A stretch of DNA of 63,998 nt, counting the filler, from Jimgerdemannia flammicorona (Eukaryota): NCBI GenBank assembly GCA_003990765.1. It is 3 parts of 3 records of this genome, joined end to end, with 100 filler letters (N's around TTAATTAATTAA, not from the genome) between each part and the next. Parts side by side here need not be neighbours in the genome. Positions count along the whole stretch, not along the records: positions 43,133 to 63,998 come from RBNJ01001577.1; 2 more parts are not named here. One strand, 5' to 3'. A program made the position numbers and the translations under genes. Under the pieces are notes generated by a model that saw only the letters and a program-made list of their open reading frames with translations, was not told where the DNA came from and ran no database searches. Positions 51,701 through 61,738 of this stretch are shown here, piece by piece; within the stretch, counting starts at the first letter, position 1; the number at the start of each line of letters is the position of its first letter.

Positions 51701-51749
51701 TTGGACCTAGGGATACTGAGGGCTTTGGTGAAGGGAGAGGAAGTTTGCA

Positions 51750-52929
51750 TTTTTTGTTTAATGGACTCTATGTCCTGTGGATTTTTATTGGAAGGGAACC
51801 TAGACTATATAGGCCAAAACTCTCCCCCACCATCCATCAAGCACTACCTCCCCATTAACCTAAGCTAGCTATTGTCCAGCAGCTCAACCACGCCAGGCAC
51901 AGCAGGGCCAAGTAGCCTGCACCTCATTCTGCATACCATGCTCTCCCTACCATCAGGGGAAACCCAGCCATATGCCAATGACCGAAAGTGCACACCTGAG
52001 AACCCAATGTATGTACAAGGCCATGCCCAAGTCAAATAGAATAGTCCCTGCCACCCCAAAGAGAATGACAGGCAAAGAAAAAACCCTCATCAAAGCACAA
52101 TATGATGGGTAGGGCCTGGTTCTCCCAGTTGAGATGAGTAGAGGACTTACACATGAGGCGGGAGGAGACCTCCAATACCCCACTACTCAAGCCTGCAGGC
52201 CTCGATAATGTTGCCATATCAGCTCCCGGTTCCAGTTGAGTGCAGCCAAGATGCCTGAAATGGGTAGCCTTGGGCCCCCCGACCCCCCCTGATGACCAGG
52301 GCCCAACTCCACAAATCACCAAAAGAAGCCGAGAGTGACACCTACTACCTAACTACACTGCACCAATCAAAAGGCCCCACTGAAGCAGCACCTGCCCCAG
52401 CCCTGATGACCACCCCCAGCCTGGCACCCTACTGGTTCACTGTAATCGCCCTTCCTCTTATCTGTGATGGCCATCTCCCCTCTCATCCCAACATCACCCA
52501 AAAAACAGTCACCTATGCCAGAACCACACTCGCCAGGAAGCTCACCAAAGCCAGAGGGCCCCACCACAGGTACCAAGGACCTGCAGGTAACCTATACTGA
52601 GCACTTGATGCCCAAGGTCAGCCAACTCCCTATGTAGCCTGAGACACACTGAGACAACTCCTTGTTGGCAACAGCAAAAGAAAGAAGGCACTGTACCAAA
52701 ACGAGTATACTCCAGATGCAGCTGAAGGCACCAGAATCTGTGAAAAAGTGGAGGAAGCACCAATCTGACACCGATAAAGGGGCAACTCATCACCATTGCC
52801 CTCCTCCCACCATGCCCCTGTAGGTATAGCAAATCAACCCAAGGTAGAGGGGGTAATATTAGGGGAAAGGGGACTCGGAAGATCGCCTACCAAACCTTGT
52901 GACCAGTAAGGTAGTGGAGAAAGGAGCCT
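51750..52929 (-). mobile_element. 1.18-kb non-autonomous retroposon inserted in LINE ORF2
   Basis: 16-bp TSD GGAGAGGAAGTTTGCA (51734-51749 and 52930-52945). Same ends as the 27997-29175 copy. Confidence 0.92.
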
Positions 52930-55264
52930 GGAGAGGAAGTTTGCAAGATCTTGGCTGCAACAAGTAAGGGGACTGCTCTGTGAGAGGATGAATTGCCCTG
53001 GGATTTTTGGAAGAGGATGGCTGGAGTAGTAGTGGTTCTGGAGAAAATAGTAGTGATGAATAATGAGATACTTCAATCTGGAGCTTGGATTGGGGCCCAG
53101 TACCTATGGCTGGTCTCTTTGTTTTGTAAGGATAAGGGGAGAAGAGAAGATTGAAAGAACTAGTAATTGATCATACTTCTTGACATAGACCATAAGCTGG
53201 TGACAAAGATCTTAGTGACTAGGCTGTAGGGGATTGCTCAGCAGATACTAGGAGTGAAATAGAGAGGATTTGTTAGTGGCCAGTTGATCTGTCTGGGTCC
53301 ATGGGGTAATTGAAGGGACTAGGGCTACTGGGGTAGATAGTCAGTTAGTATTTCTAGATCAGAAGAAGGTGTATGACAGGGTGAGGAGAGTCTGACTGGA
53401 GAGAGTGTTGAAATGAGTGGGAGTTCCCTCTGAGTTCAGGAGGGTGTTAATTGGCCTATTGGAAGACAGTCAAGCAGTGCTGATGGTGAATGGGCACAGG
53501 GATGTGACTTTTTCGCTAAGATATAGGGTACCACAAGGGGATCCTTTGTCATCCATCCTTTATACCCTTTCTCTAGAGCCTCTGTTGGACAGAATCTAGT
53601 ATTGAATTGGGGGTTTGGATTTTTTGGGGATTAACTAGAAGGTGGGAGCATTCACTGATGACATAGTAGTTAGACTGGGTTTATTGGCAAATGTAGAGGA
53701 ACTGAGGAAGACAGTGGAATAGTATGAGAGAGGCTTGGGTGCTTGGCTCAATTGGCACAAGTGTGAGACTCTGGTGTTAGGCAATGGTATAATTGGTAGA
53801 GATGTGATTGGAACAGTGATTCTAGTAGGAGAACTGGTCTGATACTTGGGGATATACTTTTCAGTATATGGGTCCCTTCTATCCTATAGATAGTGGAAAG
53901 GCAGTTACTTATATGGAAGAATATTCTCCTATAGTGGGGTAGTTGGCATATATCTCTAGTAGGAAGAGTAATGGTACTAAACATATACTGGCTACCAAAG
54001 TTATGATATGTGAGGTACCATCTGGACTTTCCAGCATAGGTGGTCTGGTAACTTCTGAGGATAGCACAATCATAGATCTGGACTGAATGGCAAAGTCAGA
54101 TAGGCTGAGAGGTTCTCACTCTATCTGTGGAAAGAGGTGGACTGAGTTTGGTGGATTTTACCAAGCACCTTTGTTGCCTGTGAGTGTGGTGGTTAAAGAG
54201 AGTAAGTGAGTTGAGGGGTCTGGATTGGGTACTGCTTATACAGAGGTTGTGGAAAGTCTGGTATTTCCCTCATAGAGTATCAGGTGATCTGCTAGCAATG
54301 GTTGCCATGGATGGAAGTAGGAGGATATGTTATAAGGGCTTTTGGTGGGGAGTGGTGGATGGTATAAGAAATATAGGGCTTTGGTGGCAGAGTGAGGAGG
54401 GAGAGGAGGACTGGGGACTACAGATATGGTGATGGTACCAGCTATTGCTGGGAGGTACATTGGTGGAGAACTTTCAGCTTGATGATGGTATAGAATACCT
54501 GTGAGGGCTAGGGGGGGACTTGTAGCCTGAAGCATAGCAATAGATGGAGATTAATGAGGAGTGAGACTGGAATAGTATCTGGTCTTAGAGCAAGCAGGTG
54601 ATGAAGTGGCTTCCCCCCAAGTTCTGAGTGGTCTGGTGGAGGTTCTTAAGATAGAATGTGATACTTAACTATCAGTCAGGACACTTGGTGGCTGACAGTA
54701 TATTTGAATGTGAGGATTGTATAGATATTGATCAGGAGAAGAGTATGGTACAAATGTCTGAATATTGGCTAGGGGAGTGTAAAGTCTTGGGGGAGTTTTG
54801 GCATAGTATTGCAAGTAGGTTGGGTTGTGATCATTGATGGAGAGAGAAGGAGAGAGATGGAGGGACCTCTGACATAGGTTGTTGAGTGGGGTTGGAGATG
54901 AATAGCTAACTATGGAGTAGACTCATAGAGATGGCCAGTCATTAGCTTTATGTCTTTGAGGAGGGCCAGCAGATCAGGGTTAGGGCTAGGGTAGTACATT
55001 GGGAATGGCTATTACTTGATGTTTTGAATAGTTGGTAGTGAGGGTGTAGACTAAGTAGAGAAAGTCATTAGAAATTGGTGGATTGTATTTGTGGTAAGAG
55101 TGGAGATAAGGTCAGAGTGGTGAGTGGCTGGATTATCCTTTGGCAAGGGGAGGGGAAGAGGAGGGGTACTTATGTATTATTCAATATAGATAGAGTGGTA
55201 ATAAATAGCAGTCCAAGTAACTATAAAAAAACAAAAAAAAAAAAAAAAGAGATCTTGTAATTAT

Positions 55265-57100
55265 TTTCACTCTCTTCTCTAGGGTCTTTTTAAATATTAT
55301 TAGCCTCAGTTATATCTTTTAACTTTGATTCTTGACTATCTCAATAAGTCCAAATCTTATTTATTATCTAAATATAGAGATTTATATTAGTTAGTCAAAG
55401 GTTGTATTGACTTTTTATTAGCTGAGATCTTTGAAGATATCATATTTAGAAGTCTTGGTCTTATAAAGCTTCTTCTCCTTTTCTCTCTCACTAGCTATAG
55501 TAGTTTCTCTAATAATATCTTCAATTGCTTGCTCAAGCTCTATATCTTAGTCTATTTATTTAGTAGCAATTTTACTCTCTATAGTTGATTTAATTTCCTT
55601 TTCTATTAAATTATTCTTAGGCCTTTCCAGTAATCTCTTATAGGGCTCTTTGTGGATATCTTTCTTAGTAGTCTAAGTAGGGTAGACTTTCTATTCTTCT
55701 TCATTAGACTCTCTAATTTCTTCAAAAGTGATAATATTAGTCTGTTCTTTATTTTAAATAGTATTGCTTAACTGGATCTTATACTTAGTTTTATTTATAT
55801 ATTTATAAGAGTAGTGGTCTTTCTCTCTACAGCTATAATAGGTATCTCTCTTCTTACAACAAACTTCTGAACTGGGTGATAATCTCTCTCTCTGATTTCC
55901 TTTACTACATCTTCTAGATGAGTGATTATTTTAATAAACTTCTTGGTAAGTTCTCTATAATATCACTGTATTTCTATTATTCTGTAGTTTTTGGCTATAG
56001 TGTATTTTGATTAACTATTATAGTAAAGATTATACTAGTTATCTTAGATACTTCAATTCTAACTCTAATGACTCTTTCTATTATATAGTCTTATAGATAT
56101 ATATCTGACTATTCAGTATTGCTAAGCATAGATAATCTTCTATAATAGATCCAGAATTATTGATAATAAATAGATGATCATAACTATCTCCAGATAGATT
56201 TCTTTCATAAAGATTACTTTAGCTACTTAGTCTCAGATAGTATTAGTATAATTAGTAAGATTTATCTAATATTGGATTCTAATATAGAATATATTTAGAT
56301 CTTTACTCATTTCTTGATATATTATATTGAGCTAATTATTTAGGGCTTGCTTGATCTTATCTGTATAATATATAGTTTGGAGCCAGGTCTTTTATATTAT
56401 TAGTATACATAGTATTATTATCTGCTCTTATATAGTTTATATTTGTGAATACTGCTCTTACTGAGTCTTAGAGACTGAAGAGTATGAGAGCTACTTACTG
56501 TCTGACTATTAGGGTTCTTATGACAATATATTACTCAAAAGTATCAATAAAGATAATGATTGATTTATCTGAAGTATATCTATGAAATACTAATGGTCTT
56601 ATATCTATCTTATCTAGATGTTTTGGTTTAATTTATATAGTTCTTTAGATAGTAGTTATTCATTATTTAGCTTAAAAGTGAGAAATTCATCTTAAATCAC
56701 CAGTTAATAGATATCAAGTTGTAATATAGTGGATACTTAACCTCAGAAGTATAATGAATATCTATATCTTAAAACTTGATTTTGTTCTGACTTTTGAAGA
56801 GTTCTCAGTATATGTAGTAGTGAGAGTTTGAAGTATATATATCTGCCTACAGGCTTACTAGTTCTCTTGCTTTCTCTTTGCTTTAGAACTATTTCAAATT
56901 AAGATTCATTTACTCTAGATACTGGGATATTTATTTAAGTTTACTAGCTATATATAAAATGGCTAAGTTATGACTATATTCCTATAAGTTACTTTTTATA
57001 AGTGTCAAATCTTTTGACATCTATCAGGATTTCAGTGATTGCAAAGATTTCAACATCTGCAATTGTTAAAGTTTCTCTATTACTGAAATGACTGCTATTT
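55265..57100. mobile_element. AT-rich decayed repeat, probably the continuation of the element split by the LINE
   Basis: Lies beyond the LINE TSD, is CpG-free and TpA-rich. No confident domain call. Confidence 0.45.
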
Positions 57101-60040
57101 GTAAGGCTATACTATATTTGGGAATCAGATCCAGATACCACAATCAGATCAACCGTCACAATAACCAGATGACTTCATGGTGATGGGACGAGCAGGACAT
57201 CATTATCGGAATTGAGATCTCACCAACGAGACATCGAAGACGATTATAGAGCGACGACGATAACGATTATAGAACGATTAAGATAATGACCTAGAAGACG
57301 AAGACGCGATGACGTCACGATTTTGACTTCCCCTTGGCCTCTCAGAGCACTACGCCACTACCTCTCGACGTCACCACTATAGTAAGGATTATTTGTCTTT
57401 TGGATCCTGTCCACAACCGCCGTACCCCGTCCTCTTCATTTAACGGGTGCAATGCTCTCGTCTGCCACCCTTTGGTCGTGTTGCGTTAACCCTTCATGTC
57501 CGGTCCGCCACTGACACATGGCATCGGGATGGTTCACGTTATATTCTTTCTTCGCGTCCACCCATTCTTATCTCGCGCCTGTACGCTGCATTCAGTCATT
57601 TTGGTCAATTTACGCTGCCACGACCTCGTATGAACGGAGCCATTATTGGCGCCGCCGTTCCTGCCATCCGCGTAGCCGGTAGCAGGTCCGGCTCAGGTGA
57701 TCAATCTTGGGGAATCCGTGGACGAGGCGCGGATCCGGGGAACGAGGATGAGTGGGAAGCCCGTGGGGCTGGAACCCAAGACGTTTGTTTCATTGACAAG
57801 TGAAGAGATTGGCGGCGGTTGTTGGGTTTGGAAAATTTAATTGCTACTCATATTCCTCTTTGCAGGATTAGGGGAAAGTGAAGACGGCTTTCGCGAAGTC
57901 CTGCAGGTTCAGCAGACGGGGTGTGATAATCAATACATCAGCGTCGTCAACTCTTACGGCCGCCAAGCCGGGCCTGTTGAAACCGGTTGTCGAGATGAAA
58001 GTTATCCTACTTACTACGTAACACAGTAACTAATTTTTTTGCATTCGTGATTATGATGCTTTTGTCTATCATTTAAAACATGCGTCGTTTTCTTGGGAAT
58101 GTGGAGTACTGCATGTACAGCAACGTTGCTCTTCGTATTCTTCTATTACCTTTTCTATTTTGTATTCCGTTCGATTTGGCGGTCCTAATCTTATCTATTT
58201 ATGCGCCCAATGGGCAAAATACCTTCAGGTTTCCAACTGAAAGCTCCCAACTCCGAATCCATACGTATTTTCATCAAATTCGAGTGCTGAAACTTCCATC
58301 GACGTCATCAACGCCCGGAGCCTTTGAAAAGCGCCCTTAGCGGTCGCTTAAATAGAATTTCTTGAGGAATCCGGCGGATTCATGAGAATTGAAGGTGAGC
58401 ATCGTTGCAGATTGACTTAGTTGCGTAGGAATAGTAGTCTGAAGCGAAATGGATTAATTTTCGGCATGCACAACGGGCGGCTCGCTCTGGTTTAGATGTA
58501 AAGCATCGCAAATTTATGTGTATGTGTGTAGAGCCTGTTGCGTCATGATATCTGCACGGACGAGACGAAGGATATAATGCTTTTTCTGTGGTAGTCGTGT
58601 AAAATCTCCTCCTTTTCGTCCTTGCGGATATGCCTACGCACAATGTTTTATTTTTCCTACCCTGGGAGATTTTCAGATTTCGGTACTAATCAATATCGAA
58701 CTTTCTGATCTATTTCCAACGTTCGATTATCTGGCCAAGCATGTTATTGCATTGGAAACCTTGCGCATTTCGGGCGCCGATCACATTCGCCTGCAGGGTG
58801 GCTTAGAATGGCAAACGTTTTTCATGCATTTTTGTACACACATTGATGTAGGTAGGACCGGCTGAGTATCGAAATCGTGAGATTACATGTTCATCTCCAG
58901 GTCGAAAGAAACATTTTGATTGTTTAAAAATTTTATTTATGAATGAGGATTACTGCTAAAATTCGTAATGGACGTCGCGAGAACGGCTCGGGCGACGAGG
59001 GTGGTGGCGAAGCGCATGATCAGGATGACGTGTGAGGGTTGGTTGGGTGGCGAACTGTACTTTTTATACGCCCATGGAAACCTGTTTTACATTGTACAGG
59101 TACAGGAGTTAGAATATTTTAATCGAATCGTTTTCACAACCAGCGGTACAACCCTTCATTACAAGAAAGGTTCAAGCTTCGGAGCATCTGTAAATGAGTA
59201 GTGTAATCCGAAGTGCGAATGTCTGGTCCATCAACAAGCAGAGTTTCGATTGAGTCCGTAACAACCTTCATCCAAAGAGCGCCATTGTGCGAAACGAACT
59301 CCATGCAGGCAAATTTTAAATGGTCTCACTACCACTAACCAGTATAAAAGTCGAGGAAAATACGGCATTCCGCCTCCGCAGTGAACATCTCCGCTAAGCG
59401 GTTGTGGGCTCCACCCACGTCGGCATATTCGGTCACGGCAGAAAATCAAGCGGCGCACGGGGTTCTTATTTTCGCGCTCGCCTGAGGGAACTGGGCCCGT
59501 CAAATGCACATGTAGCCATCATCCGCACGGAATGCCTCGTGTTTCAAGAGTGCACAATGCATATATCTCTACACCTGTTGGCATTGCTTGGGCTTTAATT
59601 CTACTCAATACACACAAATTGAACTTGGAACGTCCATTTATGCGCCTATTCTTTGATTGTGGGGCTTTCGCAATCGTCTGAACCACTTCGTTCCTTCCGG
59701 AAATTTTATTTCCCGCCACAAATCCCAGTATTCTCAGAGCATGCAATATTCAATATATCTATATAAGCAGCAATCGGCGTTAATTATCTTGTGAATGTGA
59801 TCGATCCCCCTGTTTCATTTCCGTAATTTGAAATTATTATTTTTTGGCGGTATTTCTTCATGCCCCCCGATCTTGCTGCTCTATTGTACACCTGCGGTCG
59901 TTGTTTTTTATTTTTTTATTTTTTTATTTACTTTTGCCATACTGTGAAAACTTGTCACCCAGGTTTCCGTCATCTTTGGTTGGATTTTGTCTTCGGAATG
60001 TGAAAGTCAGCGGACGTCCCCAGCAATTCTGCATATATAT

Positions 60041-60091
<51 letters not shown>

Positions 60092-60420
60092 AAATGCAGC
60101 GACTTCTGAAACGCAATGACATCATGATGAGTAATTCTTTCTAGAGTCACGGGATATACCCACCGCGCTTCACGTTTTGCTTTCTATTTGTGCTTTTCGA
60201 CGTCCGTTGACAAACCACCACATTTAATCGGAGGGCAGCTCTTTTTCTATCATTTCACAGGCGTAACGGCGTAGCGGCATAGCGGCGTAGTGGTGCGTAT
60301 TACTAACTTACTAACGTTTCTTTCCTCCTTTTCTTTTTCTACAGGACTTCCCTCTTCTCAACGGGTTTAGTGTAGTGCTTCCATCTCTCGGACCGGGTCG
60401 GCGAAGAGCTCCTTGGCGTG

Positions 60421-60500
60421 CTTCTGCTTTTGCTTCTGCCTCTGCTTCTGCCTCTGCTTCTGCCTCTGCTTCTGCTTCTGTTTCTGTTTATGTTTATGTT
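60421..60500. repeat. Degenerate hexamer microsatellite (CTTCTG/CCTCTG/TTTATG)n
   Basis: Direct reading. Confidence 0.9.
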
Positions 60501-60868
60501 TTTTTTATCTTAACCAAAGGTAAAGGATGCATCTAAACTGAACCACCGAGTCAAGAAGGATGAGGCACTATTACCCTATACGGATGAGTTGCGGTGTCCC
60601 TCCAGCTCTGCTAGGTGAGTCAATGAGAGCCCTGAGCCATAAAAGAGAGCGTCACCTCCGTCCCTCACGAAGCCCTTGATCACGTACAAGGGCTGGAGGA
60701 GTCAAGAGGACGAGTGACGAAAGCTGCGGCGTACTCCCCTGGGTAAGTGGAGCCGTCCCAGTTTCCCACCTGTATTTGGTTGGCCAGGAGGAGAGGCTGC
60801 AAGACGTCGGGGCCGGCGTAGGAAGGTGATCTGGATGGGTGGTAGATTAAGGGCTCTATAAGGTACGG

Positions 60869-60927
60869 GGAAGCCGACGCAACCCCACCTCCTCGTGGTG
60901 GCTTCTGGATAACGCTAAGAGGGTCGC
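60869..60927 (+). ncRNA. HDV-like self-cleaving ribozyme (minimal or absent P4)
   Basis: P1 GGAAGCC(60869-75)/GGCUUCU(60900-06) with a G.U first pair. P3 ACC/GGU, L3 UCCUCGU, P1.1 CC/GG(60907-08), J4/2 GCUAA with candidate catalytic C60915, P2 GCAACCC/GGGUCGC. The core resembles antigenomic HDV CCACCUCCUCGCGGU...GCUAAG. Confidence 0.8.
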
Positions 60928-61738
60928 ATATAAACGTTCTCAGCTACACATAGTTGAGCAAAAAACTGCTAACGCTAAGAGGGTTGCACGTAAACGTTCT
61001 ATGTTATATATCGTTGAGTAATAGAGCATGTAAACAGACCGCATAATAAAATCGGCCGACATTATGTCGCCTTCCTGGTCCCAACTGAATAAAAAGGCTT
61101 TTAGCCTAACGCTTATCAACTCGGCGTCCTCGTTGTATGTGGTATTGAATGACTGGAGGACCATGTCCCCAGAGCAAATGAGCTCGCAGGCGACTACTGT
61201 ACCTCCTCTTCCTGCCGCCGAGAGATCACCCTTTGCTATTTACTATGTTTCGCCGTAATTTCCATCACATAATCAAAATATTCAGTCATCCTTCTCCCCA
61301 AGACCTGTGAGTTGCAATAATGCGGAATGAAGAAAATGGTTTTACTTTCAATTTTCGGTCACCGTTGAAAATTTTGCCTTCCACACACATATCGGGAATC
61401 TTCATGGATGATTCGTTGTGACGCCCAGAAAGGTTCGTTTAGAAAACTGTCGCACTGTGCTACGTGGGCTGAGAGAGTTATAGAAAATATAGAAAACGCT
61501 CTCGTGCCAACCTAAAACTTACGCCTGCACCTGCCATCTTACTCTTAATCTGTTCGTCAACGCTCTAGACAAGTGGAGACCACTTCCACAAGGTGGAATT
61601 CGCAAAATATTGCCATAGCCCGTCCATCATTTCTATAAGTAACACTTAGGAGGGCTAAATCATTAGCAAGTATGTACATTTGGCAAAATGACTGAGTGGA
61701 AATTTACATGATGCGTTGATCATTATAACACATCCATA

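Larger units (their letters stand above)
47889..55247 (+). mobile_element. Full-length decayed L1/Tx1-like LINE (ORF1, APE endonuclease, RT, poly(A))
   Basis: ~17-bp TSD AGA(A/G)ATCTTGTAATTAT (47872-47888 and 55248-55264). Endonuclease motifs LNMNGL, GGDFN, SRID and SDY at 50340-51000. RT motifs FLDQKKVYDRV, VPQGDPLSSILY..SLEPL and AFTDD at 53350-53665. A tail at 55225-55247. Nearly CpG-free. Confidence 0.9.

Noticed and set aside
52289..52420. CTGATGA motifs in the retroposon suggesting a hammerhead retrozyme
   Set aside because: No correctly placed stem II-GAAA core, and the second motif is not conserved in the least decayed copy.
57130..59900. Short ORFs and a possible intron (57799-57866) in CpG-rich unique DNA
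   Set aside because: No recognisable domain or consistent exon chain; may be promoter or non-coding sequence and needs RNA data.
60120..60200. ATGATGA as a possible C/D snoRNA C box
   Set aside because: No downstream CTGA D box with a terminal stem, and no recognisable rRNA guide.
61038..61150. Second possible HDV-like core GCG-TCCTCGT-TGT
   Set aside because: Weak P3, no GG for P1.1 and no G at +1 of the possible P1.
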